Made by a program: the position numbers and the translations under genes
Shown: piece after piece, positions 38,111 to 50,476 of the stretch
Numbering within the stretch: position 1 is the first letter of the stretch
Layout of the letters: each line of letters starts with the position of its first letter
Notes under the pieces: model-generated
What the model saw: the letters and a program-made list of their open reading frames with translations, nothing else
Database searches by the model: none
Told to the model about the DNA's origin: nothing
Source of the DNA: Callorhinchus milii
Taxonomy: Eukaryota
Length of the DNA: 64,000 bases
Reading direction: 5' to 3'
Assembly: GCF_018977255.1 (NCBI RefSeq)
Contig: NW_024704742.1
Coordinates: 94,056,001 to 94,120,000 of the forward strand

Positions 38111-41100
38111 CAAACAAATACACATGCTTTGAAATGTCTCAACGATGTGATAATGCACTATATCAAATACAAGGATTATTTTTGGTATGAAGTGAATTTG
38201 GTTCTTCCTTTTGTGCGTTGGCCTCAGTGTTGATTATTGCCAAGCCTGAGGGGTCTGTACTGGGCAGAGCTGCCATAGCGCTGAAGGCTGTGGCTGTGCG
38301 TGGATCAAAGATTCAGACTCTTAAATATTCTGCTTGTTTTCATGTCAGGCAACTCCAATGCAATCCCAGAATCCTGAGGTTGAGCAGGCTTATAGCTATT
38401 GCTTGTGGGAATGTTTGATTGCTGGAAGGAACTTAACACCATTCTACCACTAATACCAGTCAGCAACCAATGTTACTGAGTCACTGTATCTTTCCAGGAT
38501 GACTCCTTTGAGTGTTTTCCATCTAAACTCTATCCTTCCTCTTGGGAATAGCTTCTTGGGAAAAAAAGCTAAGCTCAATCTGTCTTCGCATTTAGAAGAG
38601 TCAAGCCTAGGCTTTCTTGTACAGTGGCTAGGCATCTAGAGAATTTCCCCACACCCTTTTACTACCTTTTTGCAAAAGGTTTTATGCTTTTTTAAGTCAT
38701 CAGCATCAGTTAGTGCGAAGGATCCACAACGATCAATGTACTTGTAAAGAGGAGCTAAATATTAGACCATTGTACACAACCTGGTGAAGGTAGGTCTGAC
38801 TGTGCCAGTGGGGAAGAAAAAGCATTCAAAGAGTGTAAGTGTGAGAGAATGAAAAAAGCACCTCATAATGTATAGTTTCTCCAGGGAATCAATCCTGTGT
38901 ACATCACAGCAATTTGCAAGACCTTGACTCTGATTTCCAATTGCCTCACATGTCAGTGTAATGTATGGGGGAGGAAGGGTTCTCTGGAGCTTCTGCTAGT
39001 GAGGTATTAAAATTTTCATTTTTCAGGGTTTATATTTAGCATTTTTTGAAGTTTTTTTTAAAAAAAGGGGATGGTTCAGGGCTTTCACTTACTTGTGATA
39101 AGAAGATTCAAATGTGCCGTCGCGCACGGAGGGGAACGAGAGAGGTGATACAGAATATCACACATACAAAGTTGGTGACAGGACAGGTAATAATTTACAG
39201 GGTTTTGCGGTATTTATTGGGTAAACATCAATTTCATTTTTTTTGTATTGGGGTGTTTTATCATACGGTTTTGGTTACAGCCGAAAATCAGAGCCAAATT
39301 TATGTCACAAGCCTTATTCTGGTGGTTGACATTCAAGCACCATTTCAGCCTCGATATTGAGTGTAAGAAAATACCGGCCAACACTGTCCAAAAAGATGAC
39401 GTTAGTAATTTCTGAAGCGTTATTCAACTGAATTATATTTAAAACCTTCACAGGGCAAGTACAAGAAGTGAAAACATGCACAATAAAACTCCAATCCACA
39501 GAACAGCAAACATATTTGAGGAAAAAAATATTTTCCTTTTGCACAAACAAGTCAAGTCGACTGGTTAGAATGGAAGAAATTGGGTGTGGTTCGGAAATAG
39601 GCTGTGTATGCAACGCAGATGTGAAAGACGTGACCAAAAATGTCCTGCTTAGATTTCAGTAGCTTTAGGCAATTTGCATTTTCAGCTCCCCCTTGTTACC
39701 CTCCCCTCCAGGAGAAGGCAAATTTAAATTGTATGCAGAGGATGAGTGGAGGTTAAGTTCAAAGACAATAAGGAACGTATTATATCATTAGACTATCTAA
39801 TTGACCAGGGCAGCATGGAATTAAAGTGAACATATGCCTACTCAAAACTGCACATTTCACAATCATATTCTTCAATAACAATGTACAAGTGACGCGATGC
39901 ATTAAAAAATCATATATCTCACCATTAAAAATGTTGCCACTGGGAGCTAATCAAACCTCAGCATGTCTTCTTACATATTTCAGTCAACATGCCTGTCAAC
40001 TACCCAGCTAACACATTTTCACACTGAAGATGTTAGACATATGCATAATAAGTTCAAATACATCACATTCCTGATTTATGGCAGCCACATTTTAAAAAAA
40101 AACTATTTTGTATAGCATGTGTGTATTTTATATGAGTTGCAAAAGACAGACAGCTGTAAAAGTTTAATTTCAAAGTTTCTTCAAACAGAACAAAAACTGA
40201 ATAACTAATAAATATGGTCGGTCAAATTTTTAATTATAGCCCATTAAAATTTCTATTTGCTGTCGATTAACAGCACCCTGTAGTCAAATACTTCAGCTAA
40301 AACCAATCTCGGAAAATGTTTGTCGAACTATTCCACACTTTTGGCTATTCAAACAAGATGTTCTTTTTAATGAATATATTAAAAAGACATTGTTTAAAAA
40401 ACAGCTTATTAATACAGAGCTAATGGAGGAAAGCACCATAATCTTTCTGGCAGATGCACCATAAATCAGTTGCAACCTGTTTTATGCCATTACTGTATGC
40501 CTGCACTCACAACATTTAACCTCTTAAGTTCAGAAATAATGAGATTCTACATCCCAAAGGTTTTAAATATTTAAGTAAAAAAAATGCTGATAAATGCTAC
40601 AACCCATACACTATTCTGTCCTACTCACTTTTCAAAAATCAGATTCGTAGCTTTCTCTAATCTTGCAGGAAATATCTGAAGGAGAAAGGCATGCTGCAGC
40701 CCCCAAACTTCAAAAGAACATTCAAGCAGACTAACCTTCAATTTAAAAAAGCAATGGCACCAAAAGCATTAAATGAAGTAACAGAAGAACCTTTGAAATA
40801 AACTACATCTCAGTTCCGCCGTTATATACATATTGTTTGTGATGCATAAAACTCTCCTTCAGTTCTCACAGTTGAAGCTTTACTGCAGCTGCTCCAAGGT
40901 CAGGCTCAAGCAATCATGTCTAATACACTGAAACAACAGCACTACAAGATCATTTGTCAATTTCAACATCAGAAGTAGTATAGTGAGCTAGGTTGGTGGT
41001 TTACGCAGAAAAACGTTACTTAAGGAGATCTCGACTGACCTTTCTCTGCCAAAGAGCACGATAGACATGCGATTGAGCATCCACAACTACACCACTTGTA

Positions 41101-42148
41101 CTGCACCCAAATTGAAGTCACAAATCACTGAACTATTGCAGCTGGTATGCTGAACATCCAGTTTGCTTGAACCCACGCTTTAATGAAGTCATTGAAAACC
41201 ACCTCTCAGTGAAATGTGTTCAAACTAGTGCAGCAGCCGCCGCTGACTGGCTATGGGGCAATCTCTATTATTACTCCATTATTGCACTGGGATCTCTGCC
41301 TAAATGATGCATTCTTCCTCCCTGATGCCATTTCCTTTTACCCTCATAGTTTAATGGCAGTAATATACATGATGTCATTCCAATTTACAGCTTTTACATC
41401 TTTGCCTCGCGCTGGGCATTTCGCAATTCCTTCCCAGAGCAACTATAAAATTTGCGAGCACATCTTTTAGCAGAAATAGATTACTTTGCATTTGATCACG
41501 TTTCAAACTGTACTACATATGGGAGAGAATATATAAATGGCAAGGCAGAAGCTGGCCGTGCTTCAATGCAAAACAGGCAGAAGTTGAATTAAAGTAATTT
41601 CACCTTTCAATTTATATAAAAAGTCACTCAGATGCATTCCCACAATGCAGCTCTGACAGTCCCACAGGTCACTCAGAAAGATGGAACATTTATTTTCATC
41701 TGCTGCTCATAATATTTCTGCTTAAACATGCTAGAAACCCCTGCACAACAGCGAACCTGGCTGGTGCATGCTTCAGGGTCACAGACTCTTTTACAGAACA
41801 CAAAATAACCCTTTCCGTAATTCACTTGAATGGATATATAGGATCTTGCTACATTTTAGACTGCTCGTTTGAAAGGAAAAAGAATTTCAGCCAGCTTGTC
41901 TAGCCAATTTCGAAAATGAAGTGCTAAATGGCCAAGTAACTCAATTGATTGATTTACCAACAATACTGGACCAGAGAAGCGCAAGTTTAGGCACAAATAA
42001 GAAAAGGGCACTCAGATATTAAAGTCCACTTTGTATAGCAATAACGAATACTGTAATAATAATCCTTACATTTGATGCTCTTTCACATTGGGAGAATGTC
42101 TCAAAGCACTTCACAGAATTTACTATAAAGTGTAGTGACTGTGACCGT

Positions 42149-42463
42149 GGAGTCCTGTAGCTCAGTGGTTAGAGCACTCGCTTTGCAAGCGAGAGACCTG
42201 AGTTCAATTCCAGGCAGGGCGAAACCTTGGGCAAGTTTCCTTACTCCACACGCCTAATAATAATCCCTCCAAAAAACCTAAAAAAACAATAATAAATTGG
42301 TCATTTTCAATCTACGACTGTTTGTGGGACATTGCTGTGCGCAATTGGCTGCCGCGTTCGCCCACAAATATACAGTCAATTCACTTTACAGTATATTCTG
42401 TGAAGCGCTTTGGGACGTCCTCCCGACGTGAAAAGCGCTATATCAAATGCAAGGATTATTATT
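42149..42463 (+). mobile_element. tRNA-Ala(UGC)-derived SINE, young copy
   Basis: Head has A box tagctcagtgg, a perfect anticodon arm ctcgc-ttTGCaa-gcgag and B box gagttcaattcc; L2-type stem-loop tail plus (ATT)n. Confidence 0.93.
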
Positions 42464-42965
42464 TCTGCAGTTGAACACTGTACAGACAAAGTGTGATAAA
42501 CCTTACCCCATCTCCTGAGGAATGACTTAAATTTCTCACCATCAATCCAAATCTTAAGCCTCAAAACACAACCCTCCACAGACATTCCCTCAACCCCAGT
42601 CTACCCAGCTGCTTCTGCATCACAGAAACCATTTTATCCCAAGGAATATTTGATCATCTTGATCCGTATCTATCCCAATAAACCTCTAATCTCATTCCAA
42701 GATGCTATTGCTTTAAACAGTTAATGAGGTCAGCATAAACCATGTGTGCAGAGAGCCTGTTCCATTTATCCAAACCTGTTCTGTACATGAATGGGAACTT
42801 GTTATTTTAAGGATAGTCTTGCTTGTGGACTGCTAATTTTGTATTGGAGTCTTATAGCTCTGTGCTCATAATCCAAGCAAAACTACTTGTTTTACACCTA
42901 ACCCTCTTAGCATTTTAAAGACCCGTGCCAAAACAAGGCGATAACATTCAGAATGAAGGGTACCT

Positions 42966-43049
42966 GAGCCTGCCCTTTATCTCCTTCAGTCACACAGACT
43001 AACAATTTAGTGTTTGTCTGTGTGACTGGAGGAGATAAAGGGCAGGCTC
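42966..43049. other. Near-perfect hairpin, 34-bp stem (one mismatch) plus 16-nt apical region; pre-miRNA-like
   Basis: gagcctgccctttatctccttcagtcacacagac - taacaatttagtgttt - gtctgtgtgactggaggagataaagggcaggctc. Confidence 0.9.
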
Positions 43050-43324
43050 TCTTGGTGGAGGAATAGCATCAAAAAACTCAAAGGAGAGGAAGAAAAATAA
43101 CCAACAAACAATGGCAGCGGAGGACAGAGCATCTCTGTCCAGATAGAGCAGGGCAGGGCAGCTGTGTTCAGGCAGGGCAGCTCCATTCGGGCAGGGCAAC
43201 CCTGTCCATTTTGCTTTCCTATCTGTAAGGAGATGCCTCAGAATCTGCCAAGCAGAGCGCAATTCCACATTTGCAAGCGACATCCTGGCTCAGTTGCACT
43301 TGTCTCTCTGTGTCATATGGTTGT

Positions 43325-43565
43325 GGCTGGATGTTAAAGATCCCGCCCACGACTTAAAAACAGAAGGAAGTTTCTCCCGGTCTCCTGGCCAACATTCCCC
43401 CAGATAGAATTGATCATTCATATCGTGGCAGTTTGTGGGATATTGCGGTGAACAAATTGGCTGCTCGTTTGCCTACAAAATAGAGTCACTACACAATCAG
43501 TTTGAATTGTACTTCTAACCTGAAAGATGCTATATCAAATACAAGGATTATTGATTATTATTATA
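43325..43565 (+). mobile_element. Deu-type SINE, 3' half
   Basis: ggatgttaaagatcccg...ctcctggccaacatt...aaattggctgc...aggattatt. Confidence 0.7.
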
Positions 43566-46146
43566 ACTCAGAGCAGGGACTCAGCATATCGAAAAATAGG
43601 TGGAGTGCTGAAAAGCTCAATATTATTATTATTATTATAAAAGGTAAGTTTATGTGGTCAATGGAAGGAATGGGCTTGATGACTTGAATGTCTTTTGTCT
43701 TGTTCTATCCTCTATCCATCAATAAATTAGCAGAGGGACCAGTGCCAACACCCAGTGGCAAAAAAAGACACTTACACAGGTGAGCAAGACAGCACATCAC
43801 CGGCAGCAGTCATATTGGACATGAGGCGAATACATTTAAACATGACTTTTTAAAAAAAATTATGGTGTTGGGAGCAGGGAGGACAAGAGCAAGGACCCTG
43901 AGTACAAACCAAAACATTTCTAAAAAATGGAAACATAAAATATTCTTCTTCGCTGATATTGACATGCTAGCTAGTTATACTGAATTTGTGTAATAATTAT
44001 AATAATTCTCGCATTTGATTTAGCATCTTTCACATCGGGAAGACACCTCAAATCACTTCATAGGGTTTACTATAAATTGAATGACTGTACTGTAGGAAAA
44101 TGATGCTACTGCTGCAGACATCTCTCTCTGAGTATCTTGTCTAAGTGCCACAATAACTATTAGGAGGTGATGAGGGGAGCAATGTTATGAAGGCAAGAGC
44201 ATAAAATACCTCTCAAAGGTGTAATAAAATGAGATATAAATGACCACATAAATAATAGTTGTGGAAACATTGCATTTTCAGTAAATGGTCAATCAATGTA
44301 TTCTACCGCTCTAGATTCTTTACAGAAAGAATCCTTCCCAAGCAGGAGGAATAAAGCTTCACCAATTCACCAAATCATAACATTAAACATCTGCAATATT
44401 GTGTTAGGTTTGATATTAATTCTGACCAAAACACAAAGATGCAGCAGGTTAATGTTTCAGGGATTATCATTCACCAACTGCATGGTTATTCATGGGGTAA
44501 ATGGGGGGAGGGGTCAACTCCACTGGACAAAATGATTAAAGCTCTGTGTTTTAATACTGTTTCTTCAGATATGGTTCCATAACCGTAATCCTCTTGGTCT
44601 CTGATAAGCGTTCTGTACAAGTCCAATTTTTTACTGTTGTAAATTTAGTCAGTTACATCTGAAGCATAATGATGATTATAATCCTCCCATTTGATATAGC
44701 ACCTTTCACATCGGGAGATCACCTCAAAGCACTTCACAGGATTTACTGCAAAGTGTAGCGACTGTGTATTTTGTAGGGAATATGGCAGCTGATTTGTGAA
44801 AAGCAACGCCCCGCAAACAGCCATGAATGCTTGCAGTCTGAGATCAAAATCACAAGAAGCGTTCAAAGACCCCATTTTAAGACAATATATAAAAAATGTT
44901 AATAGGTTAAAGTGATACTACTTAAGTTTAACAAACAAAGCAATATACGTTACTCACTTTATTGCCTCCTAAATGTTTAAGATATGATTTTTTATCAGTC
45001 TCGTGTCAATTCTCCCCAGCACCTCACCTCCATCCCCAAAATAGCTACGTTGAGGCTGCTTGGCTCTTACAGCTGAACTGAAAGCTGACTGGTATGATTG
45101 GAGGCCAGTTCTGTTGTACAAGTTTATACTGAAAATGGAAATATTCTCTTTGTAACATGCAGGTAACATGTTTCATCACTGATAAAAATAGCAAGCAAAA
45201 TGCCAAAAAGGCTCAATTACAGTAACTTAAAAGGAAGTTTTCTTTGATTTTTAAAAAAAAATAAAGTTCTGAGATGGAAAATACAATTGCATGCATGAGA
45301 TCAGAGCAAGAATTTAGAATATTTAAAGTATTAAATAGTTGGCTTGTACAAAGGCAGATTTGATTATAACTCGGAAGATTTCCAATGGCTGTAATTATTA
45401 TATAATCAAATAACAGTATATTTAACTATTATCAGACAGCTTATTTTTGTCAATATGAAATATATTATAACAACTTGCATTTGTACAGTGAGTGCCCTTC
45501 ACTTAGAGTAACATCTCAGAGCGCTTTACAGAGACAGACATTACTTGAACATTATATTACAGTGAAAGCTGCTTAAACTGGAACACACCAGGCAGCCATT
45601 TTGTCCGTTTTAAGTGGCATTTGAGGTTAACCAAAGTTCTCTCCTCTTTCCGTCCAATAGGAGGGAGGAGGTGCCGTCTTCTCCCTCCTGCCGTTCCCAC
45701 TGAATAGGAAGGCGACCAATTAGTGCTGGCGCCAAGCTGATTGGCAGCTGGCTGCAGGCTGTCAATCAATCAAAATTTGACTCCTCCCATTCTGTCCCTT
45801 GTTTCTTCCCCATTCATCCATTCCCTAACTGATTGACATCCCAAAGCCACTTATGAATAGCGGGAGTCCGCTATCACTCAACCGCAATTTGTCTACTCCT
45901 ATCTGCATCCCAGAGCTGCTCGTGGCTAAATGGAGCCACAGAAGGTATGAGTGAGCAGACACAGGGATGACCAATTAGCATTTTGTCTGTATTAACTGGA
46001 TTTTGTCCAAATTAACTGGCTTATTTAAAACAGATGAGAATACAAATGAATCGGGGCCGGGCGTTCTGTCTGATCTACCCGGGGTCCGGCAAATGTGAGT
46101 TCCACTGGATACGGATTGTTACAAAGAGGTTCTTTCCAAACGAGTA

Positions 46147-46543
46147 TCAGCCTGGCTGAGTTGGTTGCACTCTCGCCTCTGAGTCTGATGTTTGCGATCA
46201 ACTCCCCTCTATTGGGACTTAGAACCCACATAATCTATGCTGACCCTCCAATGTAGTGTTGGGGGTATACTGTATTGCCAGAGGTACCTTCCTTCAGATG
46301 AGACATTAAACCAAGGTCCCCTCTGCCTGTCCAGAGGAACGTTAAAGGTGCTGGGCAACAATTATCCAAATAAAACTGGTCTCACCCGATGGCTGATTGT
46401 AGGACTACTGTAAATAAAAACTGACTATTACGTTCGCCCACAAAATACACAGTCACGTTACATTATAGTATATCCCGTGAAGTGCTTTAGAAGGTCTCAA
46501 CAATATGATAAGACCTATATCAAATGCAAGGTTTATTATTATT
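46147..46543 (+). mobile_element. Older Deu-type SINE, near full length
   Basis: cagcctggctgagttggttgcactctcgcctctgagtc head, ccttcagatgagacattaaaccaagg core and (TTA)n tail. Confidence 0.75.
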
Positions 46544-48654
46544 CTATAAACATCAGAAATAGCTTTTAACCACATCAATCATTTCTCAGTCTGGTAACAA
46601 TGGTTGAGGAGCCTCAAAGTTACTATTTTGGGGTGGGAGGAAAAGAAAATGAAGTGTTGGGGAGAAAGGACAGGAAAATGTTTGCAAATCACAACTTACT
46701 ATCTATCACCTACAAGGCAATAAATTTGGGAACAATGGAAATTAACGTACAGTACAATATCAACTGTGGTCTCATCAAACTGAACATTTTCTCATTGAAA
46801 CAATGCCTACAAAATAAAACATTGAAATTGATACTTTTCAAAATTACCCATTCCAGGAATAGCAACAAGAAGTGAAGCATCACTGTTAAAATCAACAACC
46901 GATTCGCTTAATTTTGCCATTGAACCTTACTGATCTTTCACTTGTTTACTCTCTTCAGGAATACATTCAAGTGGATTAGATGGCAAGGACATGGATTGAT
47001 CCACAGTTTGGAGTAGAGAGAACATCAGAAATTCAGTCTGCTAAAAGGATCATTGGAAGGCTGAGACCCTTGACTGATCCAAATAGAAAATGTGAATTAA
47101 AGGATCAGTGCTCAATTTCAAGTTCTCTTAATCCAACGCCATTTTATTGAAAGAAAACTATTGGGAGTTAAATGATCTTTGCCCGAATACTAATCACGCA
47201 CTTTTTTTAAAAATGGTCAGCCTGGTGTCTGACACACGCGGAAACCTATCACCATGCTTAAAAGTATCCAAACCAAGCTGAGATTTCCATGCCTCCCACC
47301 TACATATGGAAATCTCAGAGGTGAATTGTTGGAATTGAATGTGCACTCTCTCCCTGGAGGGACGCATCCCGCTTACCTAATTCCGGAAACTTTTAGGCGC
47401 GGGTTGGCAGGAGCCAAGGCTTGGGGACTCCACAGTGTGCGTTGGGGTCCTTCTCAATTCTAACCAGCTAAAACAGCACAGCTTCCATTGATATTGCTGT
47501 CTGGCAAGTTTTCCTGCTGCTTGTCCAGCTAGGACCACCCTATCCATTAGGGCTTTGGCTTGCAGGGTTAACTGGAGCTGAGTGGGATGACTCCTTAACC
47601 CCAGTGACTGGTCTGCCGTTCCAGGTCCTTCCAATGAGCTGTGCTGTGTTGTCATTGGCAAATTTCTAAACATTAAATAATCTCACCTTTCATTCAACCA
47701 AAATGCACTGTGGACATCATTCACCACACATTTAACAGGAGCTAAGTGGGAAAAATCTCTGTCCCCAGTGTTGAGCCAGGCTGGCTGGTCTGTCCCAGGT
47801 TATACAGGAGGTACATATCCTGGTGGGTTTACTCATTCTTTTTACCCTTGGGTTAAACTGGCTCCAACACAGACGGGCACACACAGAGCGAAGCCAGACA
47901 GGTCTATAATTAGGTATTGAGGATACCTTGAGGTTACTTAACCAGCCTGTCTGGTAGTTTTAAGTATAAACATGTTACCAACCCTATGAACCAGAGTCAC
48001 TGTGGATATATTTGCTTTCTTTAGTTTGTATTTAGAGTAACTCGATTTATTACTCGATTTATTAATTTGAGACAAACATTGGTGTCTATGACTTGCCCTG
48101 TATAAATACGTATAAATACGCCTGTTCAGAGTCGTGACGGAGATATGTCATTATGTAAATAAGGACTAATTGTTAATTACCTTGAAATGCTTTTCATTGG
48201 TAAATGATATAATGAAGGAGACCTGGATGTTCATGTAGATACCTGTGTCAATCTTTGTTGCATATTACATCTGCACAAACATGACACATAGCAGATGCTA
48301 ATGTTTCATTGCCCATCCTTCCTCTCTCACTCTGCCTTGAAATTTGCTGCATACATATGCCTAACTCGTCACTCTGGATAACTGGTCACTGTGCCATTTT
48401 CCCTTAGAGTGATGATTTATCAAGAGTTTATTGTACTTCTAAGTTATCCCAGACAATGCACTAAATTGGCTTTGTTTTTAGTGTGCAAAGAGCAGAGCCA
48501 GCAAGACAGTCTCCACCTCACTAACAATGAAACGGACACCGCTAAGTATAGTACAAACCCATACAGCCTAGAAGGTCCCAGGTTTGATTCCCAGTCTGTG
48601 CTGAATTAGCTAATCTGAGGCAAGGAAGCAATTTGAGTGCTACAACTGGCCTTC

Positions 48655-48825
48655 ACTTCAATCTACGACTGTTTGTGGGACATTGCTGTGCGCAATTGGC
48701 TGCCGCGTTTGCCCACAAATATACAGTCAATTCACTTTACAGTGTACTCTGTGAAGCGCTTTGGGACGTCCTCCCGACGTGAAAAGCGCTATGTCAAATG
48801 CAAGGATTATTATTATTATTATTAT
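48655..48825 (+). mobile_element. 5'-truncated young SINE
   Basis: Near-identical to the 3' half of 42149-42463; (ATT)n tail. Confidence 0.88.
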
Positions 48826-50089
48826 TCACTTGGCAGGTGAGCAGAACAATTATAAAATAGTACACCAAGACTCTGAACTGCTACCAAATGACACTGCTGG
48901 AAAGCTCATATCAAGTGAGAACAGGATGAAATGATGAAAGGATTCCCTTTGCAGTGAATAGTCTGCTAACGCAGACTGTGACAGAAAGACTACACACCTT
49001 AGTGAGTGGAATGCACTATGCCCATGTAAAAGTATTTAATATGTGTCAGCACTTTCAAAAGTAGAAGAGATCAGAAATATGCCAAATATAAATTAACTGG
49101 AGTCAGGATGACTGTCACTCATGCATCTGCTCTGTGCATCTGTGCTTCTACCAGCTCACAGGTTATTTTAAATTATTTAAATAAAAAGGTGGGTGCAATT
49201 TTAAAAACTACAACCTTATCCATTTTCTTAGAATCATGGAAATTTACAGCCCAGAAAGATGCCATTCGGCTCTCAAAGCAAACTGTTTATTCAATCCCAC
49301 TGCCTTGCCTTATCTCCATTCCCCTTCAAGCTTCTAACTTTCACATATCCACCAATTTTTTCTTGAAACCCAGAATAAATGATAATAACCCTTGCACTTG
49401 AATGCGGCAGTCAATTTGTGCATCACAACGTCCCATGAAGTGACTGACCAGTTAGACCCGTGAATGAGAAGTGTTGGAAGTGAGATGCGATCACTTCATG
49501 TTAAGTTAAAGACTCATTTGGCCGTTTCAAATTCCTCTATTTTGCATCTCTCCCCTTTGCCAAGTAAAATAGACAGGATCCAGTGGATTTAAACAATATT
49601 CAGCACTCCAACAATGATCAATACAAAAAAAGGCAATTCAAAGCCAAACAATTTCTCAATATTATGAAATAGAAAGCACCAAACATCAACACATACTTAA
49701 TCTACCTTTAGAAAGGTTGTTATCATCACAAAACAGTTGTAAAGGGTTACACAAATCATTTAATGCAGCAGCCACATGCTATTTCTTCTCAGCCAAGTCT
49801 GGAGCAGAAGCCTATACGATCAGAACCAATCCCAAACACAGAGGTTAAAACAAAGTACATCAAAGCTGCTCAATTCAGAATTAAAGATGTATCTCACCCA
49901 CTTCACACAGACACCAGCTTCTTAGTTGCCATCACAACAAAACTATTAATTCAACTTTTGTACACAAACCCTTTTCCTTTTTAGAATTCAGGAGCAAGCG
50001 TTATCTGCTTGCCTAAGCCTTGAGTGCTCAACTCAGGACTGGATGGAAGGAGGGAGGGAGGGACAGAGAGAATGGTAGGGCTTAACTTT

Positions 50090-50476
50090 TTGATTCCAAA
50101 AGCCCACGTTGGGACATGGAATTACATCGTCTAAGTTGACATTCCAATGCAGTGCTTGGCGGGTGTTGCATTGTCGGAGGTGCCATCCTTCAGATGAGAT
50201 GTTAAACCGAGGATCCATCTGTCTGTTCAGGTGAATATTGAAAATCTCAAGGCACTATTCGAAAAGAGAAAGTGGTTTCTTCCAGTGTCCTGGCCAACAA
50301 TCCACCAAGTTACTCACTCCATGGCTGTTTGTTGGACAATGCTGTGCGCAACTGGCTGCCGTGTTTCGCACCCAAAATATACAGTCACTCCACTTCATAG
50401 TATATCCTGTGAATCGCTTTGAGACGTCTCAACGACATGATAAGGCGCTATATCAAAGGCAAGGATTATTATTATT
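50090..50476 (+). mobile_element. Older Deu-type SINE
   Basis: gtcggaggtgccatccttcagatgagatgttaaaccgagg...gtgtcctggccaac core plus L2-type tail. Confidence 0.8.

Noticed and set aside
42149..42222. tRNA-Ala(UGC) gene
   Set aside because: Anticodon arm and A/B boxes are present, but the acceptor and T stems are imperfect and the sequence continues into a multi-copy SINE body and tail.
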